A program made the position numbers and the translations under genes. Positions 48,847-59,111 of a stretch of DNA of 64,000 nucleotides are shown piece by piece. The stretch covers positions 20,031 through 84,030 of the forward strand of contig JAWXBN010000053.1 of the NCBI GenBank assembly GCA_034440155.1, in the 5' to 3' direction. The notes beneath the pieces are model-generated. The model saw only the letters and a list, made by a program, of their open reading frames with translations, made no database searches and was not told the origin of the DNA. Position 1 is the first letter of the stretch; each line of letters begins with the position of its first letter. The DNA is from Verrucomicrobiota bacterium. Its GTDB lineage: Bacteria; Verrucomicrobiota; Verrucomicrobiia; JAWXBN01.

Positions 48847-51249
48847 ATGCAACCACTCTATAAATACCGCCCGGTTACCCGAGACCTTGAAACCCGTGAT
48901 GTCGTCCGCGCCTCAGTTATCCGTGTCGCCATTCGCAAACAAGGCAAATCCTCAATCACCTTTGATTCCTTCGCCGCATCAAAACTCTTTGGATTTATTT
49001 GCTCCGGCGACGCCGACATGGTGAATTACAAAAAGAAATTCGGGGATGGAGAAGAAATCCCGGGAACACTCAAATTAGATATCCTCTCAGACGATGTCAT
49101 CCGTGTACGGTATGCAGAGGAAAATGAGGTTCCTGAAAATCAAACAGCCATGCTCGACTGCCATCTCTCGGGCCCGAAGAAATGCAAGATCAAGGTAGAG
49201 AAAACAAAATACCAAGCCTCTATTTTAGTCGAAGGCAGTAAAGAACAAAAAGTTTCCAGAGAAAATACCCAAGTCATCATCGAGACGGCCAAGGTCAGGG
49301 TTCTCATTGATTATGAACCGTACCGCCTCACGGTCACCGATCTCAAGGGTAAAAAAATCTGTGGTGTCAGCGGAGCTGAAAAAAACCATTTTGGCACCTG
49401 GGACACGATCGGCACATCCATTTGTAGAACTATGGACTCCCAATCACCGATCGCCGCGGAGAGCTTTGATCTCGAAACCGATGAATGCATTTACGGTCTC
49501 GGTGAAAAATTCCTCAAACTCAATAAAGTCGGCCAAACCCTCGACCTTTGCATGCAAGACGGCCTCGGTGTTTATTCTCCCCGTACCTATAAAAATGTGC
49601 CGTTCCACGTCTCCACCCATGGTTACGGGGTGTTTTTTAACCACCACAGTATGATGACTTATTGGGTCGGCAGCAGTGGAGCCGCTGATATCCAAGTCGC
49701 AGCGGCAGACGACTTCCTCGATTATTTCCTGATGTTTGGCCCCATTTCTAAGGTTCTTTCCCTTTACACTGATATTACGGGGAAAGGTCAAATGCCCCCA
49801 GCATGGACTTTTGGTTATTGGCAGGCAAAATTCTCCTACCGCTCAGCCATCGAAACCCTCGAGGTGGCGCGCAAATTGCGCGAGAATAAAGTACCCTGTG
49901 ACGTTATCCACGTGGATACTGATTGGTTCAAGAAAGACTGGCACTGTGACATGGAATTCGATCCGGTTGACTTCCCCGATCCGGAGGGTTGGCTCAAGGA
50001 GCTGAAAGAAAATGGTTTTAATGTTTCTCTCTGGCAAATGCCTTATATCAAGGAGCCCAGCCCCCTCTTTAGCGAACTGGCTGCGGTGGATGGGTTCATT
50101 AAGACAAAAGATGGAGAAATCTATAATCTGCGCCCTGAATTCAATGAGGTGGCCGCGCCAATTGATTTCACTAATCCTAAAGCCGTAGAAATCTTTAAAA
50201 GGTATTGCGCCAGAATCTTGAGAATGGGTGTGCGTTGTATCAAAACTGATTTTGGTGAGGAAGCCCCCACCGATGGAGTGTATCATAATGGCTTGGACGG
50301 TACCCATAACCATAATCTCTACCCGCTCATTTATAATAAAGCTGCTTTCGAAGTGACAGAGGAAGTCCATGGCCCCGGAAACGGCGTCGTCTGGGCGCGT
50401 TCAGCCTGGGCGGGAAACCAACGTTATCCCCTACACTGGGGTGGCGATGTCTCTCCCCTCTGGGAAGCCCTCGGACCGCAACTCGCAGGGGGACTGTCTT
50501 TTGGATTGTCCGGATTCCAATTCTGGAGCCATGACATCGGTGGATTCCTTGGGGAAACCGCTGACCATAAGCTCATGACCCGTTGGCACCAGTTTGGTTG
50601 TTTGAATTCCCATGCGCGTAATCATGGTTGTGGCGAACGCGAAATCTACCGTTTACCTAAGAAATACTTTAAACTTTGCCGGGACGCTATCCGTCTCCGT
50701 TATAAATTACTCCCCTATATCATGGGCCAATCCTACCAGTGTGTGGAGTCGTCCCTGCCCGTGCTTAGGGCTATGGCCGTGGATTTCCAAAATGATCCGA
50801 ATACTTGGAATCTCGCCGATCAATACATGTTTGGCGTTCACCTGCTTGTCGCTCCCGTCTTTAGCAAGGATGACTCCCGTCGTTTCTACCTGCCCGCAGG
50901 CGAGTGGACAGACTGGTGGACCGGAAGAATAGTCACGGGAAATCAATGGATCACACAGACAAATATTCCACTGAGCCGTTTTCCCCTCTACATCAAAGAA
51001 GGCGGCATCATCGGTTTACAACCCGTAATGAATTATGTGGATGAGAAAAAGGTCGATACCTTGATCCTTCGGATCGCTCCATTGAGCAGCAAGGGAGTCA
51101 CCACGACCACTTTGATTGTTAACGGCAAAAAAGTCCCCGTTACTTATCAGTCTGTGAAAGGCAAACACTTGGTCACTGTCGGGAAAGGCGAATTCTCAGT
51201 CAAGATCGAAGGTTCCCTCTCCAAAAAAGCTAAAATAACGCGCCGTTAG
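48847..51249 (+). CDS. glycoside hydrolase family 31 (alpha-xylosidase/alpha-glucosidase-like)
   Basis: 800 aa. GH31 catalytic blocks IHVDTDWF...CDMEFD (nucleophile region), KTDFGEEAP, WARSAWAGNQRYPLHWGGD. Confidence 0.85.
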   Translation: MQPLYKYRPVTRDLETRDVVRASVIRVAIRKQGKSSITFDSFAASKLFGFICSGDADMVNYKKKFGDGEEIPGTLKLDILSDDVIRVRYAEENEVPENQTAMLDCHLSGPKKCKIKVEKTKYQASILVEGSKEQKVSRENTQVIIETAKVRVLIDYEPYRLTVTDLKGKKICGVSGAEKNHFGTWDTIGTSICRTMDSQSPIAAESFDLETDECIYGLGEKFLKLNKVGQTLDLCMQDGLGVYSPRTYKNVPFHVSTHGYGVFFNHHSMMTYWVGSSGAADIQVAAADDFLDYFLMFGPISKVLSLYTDITGKGQMPPAWTFGYWQAKFSYRSAIETLEVARKLRENKVPCDVIHVDTDWFKKDWHCDMEFDPVDFPDPEGWLKELKENGFNVSLWQMPYIKEPSPLFSELAAVDGFIKTKDGEIYNLRPEFNEVAAPIDFTNPKAVEIFKRYCARILRMGVRCIKTDFGEEAPTDGVYHNGLDGTHNHNLYPLIYNKAAFEVTEEVHGPGNGVVWARSAWAGNQRYPLHWGGDVSPLWEALGPQLAGGLSFGLSGFQFWSHDIGGFLGETADHKLMTRWHQFGCLNSHARNHGCGEREIYRLPKKYFKLCRDAIRLRYKLLPYIMGQSYQCVESSLPVLRAMAVDFQNDPNTWNLADQYMFGVHLLVAPVFSKDDSRRFYLPAGEWTDWWTGRIVTGNQWITQTNIPLSRFPLYIKEGGIIGLQPVMNYVDEKKVDTLILRIAPLSSKGVTTTTLIVNGKKVPVTYQSVKGKHLVTVGKGEFSVKIEGSLSKKAKITRR

Positions 51250-51334
51250 ATTGATTGGCTTTTTTAGAAGACTGTAAAAAATATCTTATCGCAAAAGGAC
51301 ACGCAATTTGCTTTTTTAATGGATCATACCCCCT

Positions 51335-51571
51335 ATGGCTAATTATCAAGACAGATTCGAGCAGAATGTGACCGGCGGCTATTACGTCGACCGGACCTGT
51401 GTCCATTGCAAGCTTTGCATGTCGATTGCCCCGGATCATTTCACCCAGCAAGGTTTTGCCGGATTCGTCATACAGCAACCCTCCACAGACAGGGAAGAAG
51501 CCCTTTGTGAAGTAGCCATGGATAGTTGCCCCGTCAACGCCATCGGCGACGACGGCAATAAAAAAGGCTAA
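51335..51571 (+). CDS. small ferredoxin
   Basis: 78 aa. CVHCKLC...C and ...DSCPVNAI cluster-binding motifs. Confidence 0.7.
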   Translation: MANYQDRFEQNVTGGYYVDRTCVHCKLCMSIAPDHFTQQGFAGFVIQQPSTDREEALCEVAMDSCPVNAIGDDGNKKG

Positions 51572-51616
51572 CCATTATCCCGGTTAGCCTATTGGTTTTC
51601 CCTATAGCCTATTCCA

Positions 51617-51853
51617 CTAAATCTTATTGTGTGTCCCGTCACAGAACGCGCCATTATGAGAGTGTTTGCATCCGCACCACCAGACTTTTTTGGCTTCGGT
51701 AATCTCTACTTTAAGAGGAAGGATATCAGTCCCTTTATGGGATCCGTCACAAAAAACCTTGTTTTTAGCTAAGCCACAAGCACAAAAGAAATATGTACCC
51801 GGCTCCATATCCATTTCAATCGGCGCCTTTTGCGCAATATGCGGTTCTGACAT
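51617..51853 (-). CDS. CDGSH iron-sulfur domain protein (two CDGSH motifs)
   Basis: 78 aa. CACGLAKNKVFCDGSHKG and CGCKHSHNGAFCDGTHNK. Confidence 0.85.
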   Translation of the reverse strand: MSEPHIAQKAPIEMDMEPGTYFFCACGLAKNKVFCDGSHKGTDILPLKVEITEAKKVWWCGCKHSHNGAFCDGTHNKI

Positions 51854-51867
51854 GATATTATCTCACC

Positions 51868-53112
51868 CTATTTCGTTTTCTTGGATTTTGAGGCATGAAC
51901 CTTTGCCGCTACTTTCAGGCGCAGGCCATTCAATCGGATAAATCCGGTGGCATCATCTTGGTTATAGGCTTTTGTCGGATCCGCATCCATCGTGGCAATT
52001 TGCGGGTTGTAGAGGCTCACGGGACTCTTACGCCCCGCTACCATGATATTTCCCTTATAAAGTTTCACCTTCACTGTTCCGGTCACATTCTTTTGCGACT
52101 CGGTAATGGCGGCTTGGAGGAATTCACGTTCAGGGGCAAACCAGAATCCGTAATAAATCAGTTCAGCATATTTCGGAATCAACCCATCACGGATGTGCAT
52201 GACTTCGCGGTCCATCGTGAGTGTTTCCATCTGGCGGTGGGCAAACATCAGGATTGATCCGCCGGGGGTTTCATACACACCACGGCTTTTCATCCCGACA
52301 AAACGGTTCTCGACCAAGTCAACACGGCCTACACCATGTTTACCCCCGAGTTTATTGAGTGTTTTCATGACTTGAAGAGGGTTCATGGCCTTACCATTGA
52401 CGGCCACACAATCTCCCTTCACAAAATCCAAGGTCACATACTCGGCCTTGTCTGGCGCATCTTCAGGGGAAACAGAGAGTTTATACATGTCCTTGTATTT
52501 CGGATCGAACGCATCAAGCCAAGGATCTTCCATAATCCCGGCCTCATAACTAATGTGGAGCAAATTACGATCCATCGAGTAGGGCTTCTTTGCACTAGCC
52601 TCGACAGGAATTTTTTTGCGTGCGGCATACTCGATCATTTCAGCACGTCCGGGAAAATCATGGCGGAAATGGGCATCACGCCATGGGGCGATAATCTCGA
52701 TATCGGGTGCCAAGGCTGCGGCAGCCAGCTCAAAACGGACTTGGTCATTACCTTTTCCAGTCGCTCCGTGGGCAATGGCATCAGCACCTTCTTTCACCGC
52801 GATTTCCACCATGCGTTTGGCGATGAGAGGCCGGGCGATACTCGTCCCGAGGTAGTATTGCCCCTCATAAACTGCATTAGCCTGGATCATCGGATAAATA
52901 AAGTCCTTGGCGAATTCCTCCTGGAGATTGTCGATATAACATTTGCTTGCACCCGTTTTGAGCGCTTTTTTATTAAGTCCTCTAAGCTCCTCCTCCTGCC
53001 CTACATCCGCACAAAATGCGATAATTTCTGCGTCGTGGCGGTCTTTCAACCATGTCAATAGGACGGAAGTATCCAGTCCACCGGAATAAGCGAGTACGAT
53101 TTTCATAAGCAA
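51868..53112 (-). CDS. argG: argininosuccinate synthase
   Basis: 414 aa. [10 protein letters not shown]-loop, conserved ArgG core. Confidence 0.92.
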   Translation of the reverse strand: MLMKIVLAYSGGLDTSVLLTWLKDRHDAEIIAFCADVGQEEELRGLNKKALKTGASKCYIDNLQEEFAKDFIYPMIQANAVYEGQYYLGTSIARPLIAKRMVEIAVKEGADAIAHGATGKGNDQVRFELAAAALAPDIEIIAPWRDAHFRHDFPGRAEMIEYAARKKIPVEASAKKPYSMDRNLLHISYEAGIMEDPWLDAFDPKYKDMYKLSVSPEDAPDKAEYVTLDFVKGDCVAVNGKAMNPLQVMKTLNKLGGKHGVGRVDLVENRFVGMKSRGVYETPGGSILMFAHRQMETLTMDREVMHIRDGLIPKYAELIYYGFWFAPEREFLQAAITESQKNVTGTVKVKLYKGNIMVAGRKSPVSLYNPQIATMDADPTKAYNQDDATGFIRLNGLRLKVAAKVHASKSKKTK

Positions 53113-53145
53113 CCACAGTCATAAACAACTCCGCCAGCGAATCAA

Positions 53146-53188
53146 TGACAAAAACGGCCCGATCCCGGATTGTAACGGAAACGGGCCG
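53146..53188 (-). terminator. candidate hairpin + U-tract immediately upstream of argG start
   Basis: Minus strand: CGGCCC-(22-nt loop)-GGGCCG followed by TTTTTG. Stem 6 bp, loop long, so only moderate support. Confidence 0.35.
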
Positions 53189-53455
53189 AAAGTGTATAAT
53201 GGCAATCAAACGTTACTTCTGGGTTGTCCTCAAAACCTCATACTTGGCATGATCATCTTTGTGAGTGCGGGTAACGCTATAGGGGTCATATTTAACTGGG
53301 CATCCCGGTGAGTTTTATTCACCTCAAAAATCGGAATCAGCCCCGAGCACATCACCTGCACGATCAAACCCCCTTGAACTACCGCAAACAAAATCCGATG
53401 GCCTCAAAATAGGTCAACGCTTAATCGCGAGGATTGTTTTGACGATTGGAAAATC

Positions 53456-53905
53456 TTAATTCTCCCCGTCAACGGTAACCGTCAACTCTACACTTTTGGC
53501 AGGTGGAATATCTTTCTCCCAAGGACGGCCATAGAAGAAATGGATTGTTTTTTTGCCAAATGATACCGTTTCGAAAGGAAACTCGAAATACCCAGGGGCT
53601 CCGACGACATCGGAATTATTTTTAGAATGGAAGAACTGGTATTTACCTCCAGAAATAACAACTTTAGAGCCCTTGAGAGCAGTATAATTCCACAAGTAAC
53701 CTGTTGTAGGATTACCTTTGAGCCTCACCCAGAAAACTTTCCCTTTAGGTAATGTGACCTTCTTTTTGCTTTCACCTTCCCGGAGATTAACAATAATCCT
53801 TTTATTATCTATTTGCGAATCTGTGGACTGGGCAACTAGCCTGAAAAATGAGGAATTTAATCCCAGCAAGACCAATAAAAGGGAGAAACGGATGGAAGAA
53901 GTCAT
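53456..53905 (-). CDS. chagasin-family (I42) cysteine-peptidase inhibitor, secreted
   Basis: 149 aa. Signal peptide. Chagasin motifs LKGNPTTGYLWNY and GRPWEKD. Confidence 0.7.
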   Translation of the reverse strand: MTSSIRFSLLLVLLGLNSSFFRLVAQSTDSQIDNKRIIVNLREGESKKKVTLPKGKVFWVRLKGNPTTGYLWNYTALKGSKVVISGGKYQFFHSKNNSDVVGAPGYFEFPFETVSFGKKTIHFFYGRPWEKDIPPAKSVELTVTVDGEN

Positions 53906-53955
53906 TATAGAATCCTAACAAAAAGACTTCTTACAAACAACGTTATTTTCCGGGG

Positions 53956-54408
53956 TTACCCCCCGATAATCACAATCAACGTCGCTGTGCGGGCTGGTGC
54001 TCTGGCACCTGCCCCTTGATTCACCAGATCAAAAACAAGGGTCTGTTGCCCTGCGCCTGTCGCCAAGAATGGAAAGTCATAATACGCTGGGATATTCAAA
54101 TCAGTGGAGGGCTCAACAAAGGCACGTTGCCCCGTTACTTTCACGACCTGTGGCCCCTGCACATCACGCATCACCCAATCATACCCGCCATATCCTTCTG
54201 CTTCCCCACCGGGAAGGGTCACTGAAAAGGCCTGTCCTTTGGGAACTTTTGCATGGAAAATACCCGTGGCACCGCTGAGTTGAATCGCTTGGATTCCGGT
54301 TACGGTCGGAGCCATGGCCGTTTTTTGTGAACCTTCTGGCAATTGAACTGATTGACATCCGGCCAAGGCAACCACGGCAAAAATCATCAGGGGAACAAAT
54401 TGTTTCAT
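53956..54408 (-). CDS. lipoprotein, divergent chagasin-like paralog?
   Basis: 150 aa. Lipobox LAGCQS. Similar length and spacing to the adjacent chagasin-like gene but motifs degenerate (LPGGEAEGYGGYDW; no RPW). Confidence 0.4.
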   Translation of the reverse strand: MKQFVPLMIFAVVALAGCQSVQLPEGSQKTAMAPTVTGIQAIQLSGATGIFHAKVPKGQAFSVTLPGGEAEGYGGYDWVMRDVQGPQVVKVTGQRAFVEPSTDLNIPAYYDFPFLATGAGQQTLVFDLVNQGAGARAPARTATLIVIIGG

Positions 54409-54652
54409 CGCTCCTGTCTAACCCATGTTCATAAAAACACAAGTACCGAGAAATATTTCATGGCAATAAAAAAGAGTTTTTTCATACTTGCCACTAACAA
54501 TATCCGGCCGCTAGTCATCACCCTGAGTGTCTTTGTGCCTTTTGCTGTGTTCTACCTATCGGGCCTGATTCCATCTGGGCCGGGCTGTGCCTCACGGGTT
54601 CAGTTTATTTTATTTTCCGCTCGTTATAACGATCCCCCGTCGTCTATGAGGA

Positions 54653-55237
54653 CTACTTCCCCTTGGACGGACATTTTAAATGGGAAATAAGGGAAAGGAT
54701 CGTGGCCCCCGCAAAAATCGCATCAATACCGAAGAATAGCCCTAGAATCCAAGCTACCGTTGAATCAAACTTAATAATAATATAATAACCCAGGATGACT
54801 GTAATAATCCCGTTGAATAACATCCATATCCATTGAGGCGCGGGTTTAAGCTGGAATGCCGCGATGAATTTATAAGTGCCGCTAATGATGAACCAAGCCG
54901 CCATCAATGAAGTCATCGTGACAATTCCCACGACGGGCACAGCAGCCATGATAATTCCAAGTACAGTCGAAACAATACCAAAGACCAAAGTCAGCCAGAA
55001 ATGTGCTGTCCCTCTATGGGTGAGAGCGTAAGCTATCTGGGCAACACCTGAGAAAAGAATCAGCCAAGAAACAAATAACTCCACCGCGAGGGAACCCATT
55101 ATGGGAAAAGTCACTGCGGCAAAGCCTAATACAATAAGTATCCAACCCGCTAGCTTCACTTGGCAGGCATTTTTGATTATGGACTCTTGGAATTTCCCTT
55201 TAATCATTTCTACTTCTTGCACGATAGGCTCGTTCAT
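54653..55237 (-). CDS. HdeD/DUF308-family membrane protein
   Basis: 194 aa, 6 TM, repeated GxxxxxG-containing helices typical of DUF308. Confidence 0.55.
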   Translation of the reverse strand: MNEPIVQEVEMIKGKFQESIIKNACQVKLAGWILIVLGFAAVTFPIMGSLAVELFVSWLILFSGVAQIAYALTHRGTAHFWLTLVFGIVSTVLGIIMAAVPVVGIVTMTSLMAAWFIISGTYKFIAAFQLKPAPQWIWMLFNGIITVILGYYIIIKFDSTVAWILGLFFGIDAIFAGATILSLISHLKCPSKGK

Positions 55238-55306
55238 ATATTTCCCCTTGTTGAGTTAATTAGTCTGCGGAGCAAAAAGATAACCAGACACCCGGATTTG
55301 CACAGC

Positions 55307-56062
55307 CTATTTTTCCCGGCAAAAAACGATTTGCCTCGGGGAAGTTCCGCGAAAGGGCCGCCCTTGATAATCCCCATATCGCTTCAAGAGTTTGAACCCA
55401 TTGGATTCGATAAGCAATTTCAGTTCCTCAGGGTAGAAAACCCTCAGTTTGAGTTCATGACTCTCCCCACATTTTCCATTCGAAAACCTCTGGTGCCAGA
55501 CCAAATGATTGATTTGCCGGACCGGATCATAATAACCAGTTTCCTCCACAATCACCTCGCATTTTGCTTTTTTATCCTGATAACGGCTGATCAGGAACCG
55601 ATCATCTTTGACCCTTGTGAGAAAATTAAGGTTTGGATTTGGCACATCAATGGCAAAGATCCCCCCTGGACGAAGCGATTTTTTTACCGAAGTAAAAAAA
55701 CGCTTTAATTCAGCAACCCTCACTAAATGCGCCATCGAGCCCATAGGCGCATAGACAAATTCAAACTCCCATCCTTTAAAATCCAAGCTTAAAACATCTT
55801 GAACCTCATAACCTATATTGAGTTTCGCCCGTTTCGCTTTCTTGCGGGCAAATTGCACGAGGCCACTCGAAAGATCGACACCCGTCACTGATTTTCCGGA
55901 GGCGGCAAGAGCCTGCGCAATTTGCCCGGTCCCGCAAAAAAGCTCTAGGATAGCGCCTTTGAATGGTTTGGATTGTCCCACCCAAAACGGGATATCGTTG
56001 CGTTTTAGAGGATCAACCATCAAGTCATAAATATCGGGATCATAATAAAAAGGTGTCATCAC
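55307..56062 (-). CDS. class I SAM-dependent methyltransferase
   Basis: 251 aa. Motif I ILELFCGTGQIAQALA. Confidence 0.7.
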   Translation of the reverse strand: MMTPFYYDPDIYDLMVDPLKRNDIPFWVGQSKPFKGAILELFCGTGQIAQALAASGKSVTGVDLSSGLVQFARKKAKRAKLNIGYEVQDVLSLDFKGWEFEFVYAPMGSMAHLVRVAELKRFFTSVKKSLRPGGIFAIDVPNPNLNFLTRVKDDRFLISRYQDKKAKCEVIVEETGYYDPVRQINHLVWHQRFSNGKCGESHELKLRVFYPEELKLLIESNGFKLLKRYGDYQGRPFRGTSPRQIVFCREK

Positions 56063-56138
56063 GTCCTATGATACAAATGCTTCCTGTAAAGAAAACTGGA
56101 TTTTTCCGGCGAGTTTGCTTAAATCAGGAAAATTATAC

Positions 56139-56212
56139 GCGGGTGTAGTTCAATGGTAGAACGCGAGCTTCCCAAGCTCGATACGGGAGTTCGATTCTCC
56201 TCACCCGCTCCA
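56139..56212 (+). tRNA. tRNA-Gly (anticodon CCC)
   Basis: 74 nt. Hand-folded cloverleaf: acceptor GCGGGTG/CACCCGC, D-stem GTTC/GAAC, anticodon stem CGAGC/GCTCG with loop TTCCCAA, T-stem GGGAG/CTCCT with TTCGATT loop, discriminator T plus encoded CCA. Confidence 0.85.
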
Positions 56213-56245
56213 GTTAACGTTTTTTCACTTTATTCCCTGCTCCCT

Positions 56246-56770
56246 ATGCCAAAAGAAATCGAACGTAAATTCCTCATTACTGGCGACTTCAAGCCCCAAG
56301 TAAGCACGAGTCATAGGATTACCCAAGGATACTTGTCTACGATTCCTGGGCGAACTGTCCGTATCCGGATCAAAGACCAAAAAGGATACCTAACCATCAA
56401 AGGGGCAATCAATGAAACAGGGATGAGCCGGTATGAATGGGAAAAGGAAATCGAACTGGCAGATGCCCATGAATTGCTCAAACTTTGTGAACCGGGTATG
56501 ATCGATAAAACCCGTCATCTTATCCCCTGGGGAAAACATACTTTCGAGGTGGATGAATTCCACAGTGAAAACCGGGGGTTGGTGATGGCCGAAATTGAAC
56601 TGGCTGATGAAAATGATTTTTTTGAGAAACCAGCTTGGCTCGGCGAGGAAGTCACCGGCGACCGTCGTTATTATAACTCCATGCTGATGAAAAACCCGTT
56701 TACGGAGTGGTCACCGTCCATGAAAACAAATAACTCACGCTACCGGACCAGCGCTGGCCCTGGTAATTAA
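56246..56770 (+). CDS. CYTH-domain protein (CyaB/thiamine-triphosphatase-like)
   Basis: Start at MPKEIERKFLI (ExExK CYTH signature). The ORF-track start at 56153 would overlap the tRNA, so the internal Met is preferred. Confidence 0.7.
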   Translation: MPKEIERKFLITGDFKPQVSTSHRITQGYLSTIPGRTVRIRIKDQKGYLTIKGAINETGMSRYEWEKEIELADAHELLKLCEPGMIDKTRHLIPWGKHTFEVDEFHSENRGLVMAEIELADENDFFEKPAWLGEEVTGDRRYYNSMLMKNPFTEWSPSMKTNNSRYRTSAGPGN

Positions 56771-57748
56771 CTCAACCGGTAATCGGCGGACCTCAACAGG
56801 TTGTTTCTCTAGGCGATCCCAGAGGAGATTAACCGCAATCTGGGCAATGTCAGCCCGAGGTTGATGAATCGTGGTCAGGGGAACCTTATAGAATTCACCC
56901 ATCTTAAGATTCCCATATCCAATGACCGATACTTCTTCTGGTAATTTAATATTCTGTGCAAGTAAAACCTCGCAAGCACCAATGGCCACATGGTCATTGA
57001 CAGCAAAAATCCCTGAGAATTTCACACCCTCATCTAATGCCTGGAGCATGGCCGTCTTTCCCGAGTTCACATCGAACCCTGCGGAAAAGATAAATTTATC
57101 CACATCCTCGCAACCCGACTCAATCATGGCTTTACGGTAACCCTCTTTTCTTTCTTCACTGGATGAAACTCCGGCTGGACCGGTGAGAAAAAGGATATTC
57201 CTGTGTCCCAATGAAATCAGGTGCTGTGTCGCCATAAAGCCTCCAGCACGATCATCGGTCACCACAAAGGGAATATTCATGCCAGGGGCATTCGGAGGAT
57301 AACGGTCAATCAATACCATGGGCACACCGTTTTTCGATGATAAATCGAAGATATCGTAGAACCGGCTGAGCCGTGGGGATGAACAAAGGATGATTCCGTC
57401 GACACGTGAGTCAATGAGGCGTCCAACCGCTTTTGTTTCTTCCTCCGCGCTGGAAAATGATTGTTCGATCAAGACCTTGAAATTTTTCGAGCCCACAATT
57501 TTACAAATTCCGGAAACAACCTCGGCCATATGCTCTTCAGTCAAAGACGGAATCACAACCCCTATAGTAGATAATGATTTGACTCTCAACCCGCGAGCAA
57601 TCGGATTAGTCCGATACCCCATCGTCACAGCCAAAGCCTTGACCCGCTCCTTTGTTTTGACTGAAATGTCCGAGGCATCATTCATGACTTTCGATACAGT
57701 CATGATGGAGACACCGGCTTGTTCAGCGACCTGTCGAATAGTGACCAT
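56735..57748 (-). CDS. LacI-family transcriptional regulator
   Basis: 337 aa. N-terminal HTH MVTIRQVAEQAGVSIMTVSKVMN plus periplasmic-binding-protein-like sugar-binding domain. Confidence 0.85.
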   Translation of the reverse strand: MVTIRQVAEQAGVSIMTVSKVMNDASDISVKTKERVKALAVTMGYRTNPIARGLRVKSLSTIGVVIPSLTEEHMAEVVSGICKIVGSKNFKVLIEQSFSSAEEETKAVGRLIDSRVDGIILCSSPRLSRFYDIFDLSSKNGVPMVLIDRYPPNAPGMNIPFVVTDDRAGGFMATQHLISLGHRNILFLTGPAGVSSSEERKEGYRKAMIESGCEDVDKFIFSAGFDVNSGKTAMLQALDEGVKFSGIFAVNDHVAIGACEVLLAQNIKLPEEVSVIGYGNLKMGEFYKVPLTTIHQPRADIAQIAVNLLWDRLEKQPVEVRRLPVELITRASAGPVA

Positions 57749-57771
57749 GGGAGGGGAGAATCAATGAGGGG

Positions 57772-58233
57772 TTAAATCTTGCCTTCGGCTTCTTCGATAA
57801 TGGAGATGAATTCTGCAGTAGTGGAGGCCTTCAACAATTGGCTCCTGACATCGGAGTGCTTGAGGATGCGGGCCAATCCACCGACGAGCCTGAGGTAATC
57901 AGTCACCATTTTTTTCGGTGTCCCGATAATGAAGATCAATTTCACCGTAGAGAGCCCGTTATCCTCAAAATCGACACCGGCAACACTGCGTCCTACCGCC
58001 ACGACCATGTCAGTCAATTGGTCGATCCGGGCATGGGGAAAAGCCAGTTCATTTCCAACGCTGGTTGTATAAATCCTCTCCCGCTCAAGTAACTCCCCGT
58101 AAAATTTCTTAAAATCTAAGATACGCGGGTCATTTTGGAGTAAATCAGCCACCTCCCTGATGGCGGGACATTTTTTCACCGCTACGAGATTCAGGTTGAT
58201 TAATTCAGGTTTGATCAGTTCGACTATTTTCAT
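57772..58233 (-). CDS. PTS EIIA type-2 domain protein (PtsN/EIIA-Ntr-like)
   Basis: 153 aa. EIIA-2 fold with conserved His region (GNELAFPHAR). Confidence 0.6.
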   Translation of the reverse strand: MKIVELIKPELINLNLVAVKKCPAIREVADLLQNDPRILDFKKFYGELLERERIYTTSVGNELAFPHARIDQLTDMVVAVGRSVAGVDFEDNGLSTVKLIFIIGTPKKMVTDYLRLVGGLARILKHSDVRSQLLKASTTAEFISIIEEAEGKI

Positions 58234-59111
58234 TTCTTAACCTCAATATTTGATCCGCGCCATTTGAGTTTTTCTCTCAACACCTGATAGTATGAATACC
58301 CCTCAAGTTTGGCTAGCTGTACTTTTTCCTTGGCTTTCCGGAGCACCACCCGGTCAGTAGGTTCTAAAGCAAATTGCTCCTGCCCGTCCACAGTCAAATT
58401 AATTAAATAATCTTGCTCATGAATACGCGCTGAAATACATGACCGGTCACTGAGCACAATCGAACGGTTAGCCAAGGCATGTGGACATATCGGTGTAAGC
58501 ACAAAAACATCCGCCTCCGGATGCACCACCGGGCCTCCGCCTGAAAGATTATAAGCCGTCGAACCTGTGGGGGTCGAAACAATAAGCCCATCCCCCGCAT
58601 AAGTGGTGAATTCCTCGTGATCAACCTGGATATCTATACGGATGGTCCTGAGCACTTCCGCACGACAGATCACAACCTCATTAAGACTCAATGATCGAAA
58701 GACCGGTTCATCATCCCGATAAACCTCCACGTGGATTTGAGCGCGCGAACTTGTTATAAATTTTCCAGCCAAAATAGCGGCCATGGCCCCTTTAGCCTCA
58801 TCAATTCCTACCGCCGTCAGGAATCCCAACCCCCCCAGGTTAATTCCCAAAACCGGTGTTTGTGAGCCCTTTAACCCGTGGGCGACCTGCAATAAAGTCC
58901 CGTCCCCTCCCAAGATAATAATCAAATCCGATTTTCTCCCGAGATCCTTGACCTCATGGGTCTCTTCCTTCCCCATCAAACAGGCGGTATTTGTATCCAA
59001 GAAAGCCTTGATCCCCCTCCTTTTTGCTGCATCCAATATAAAACGGGTAATCCCAGCCGATTCCTGCTTTTGGCTGTTTGCGATGATCCCTATGGCTTTG
59101 ACGTTATTCAT
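58230..59111 (-). CDS. nadK: NAD+ kinase
   Basis: 293 aa. GGDGTLL motif (ILGGDGTLLQ) and NE/DG region. Confidence 0.85.
   Translation of the reverse strand: MNNVKAIGIIANSQKQESAGITRFILDAAKRRGIKAFLDTNTACLMGKEETHEVKDLGRKSDLIIILGGDGTLLQVAHGLKGSQTPVLGINLGGLGFLTAVGIDEAKGAMAAILAGKFITSSRAQIHVEVYRDDEPVFRSLSLNEVVICRAEVLRTIRIDIQVDHEEFTTYAGDGLIVSTPTGSTAYNLSGGGPVVHPEADVFVLTPICPHALANRSIVLSDRSCISARIHEQDYLINLTVDGQEQFALEPTDRVVLRKAKEKVQLAKLEGYSYYQVLREKLKWRGSNIEVKK

Noticed and set aside
49843-50370. 175-aa minus-strand ORF
   Set aside because: Antisense inside the GH31 gene.
52336-53061. 241-aa plus-strand ORF
   Set aside because: Lies entirely antisense within argG, which has unmistakable conserved motifs; shadow ORF in GC-rich coding DNA.
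56153-56245. 5' extension of the CYTH ORF overlapping tRNA-Gly
   Set aside because: Translation through a tRNA gene is implausible; the internal Met with the ExExK motif is the likely start.
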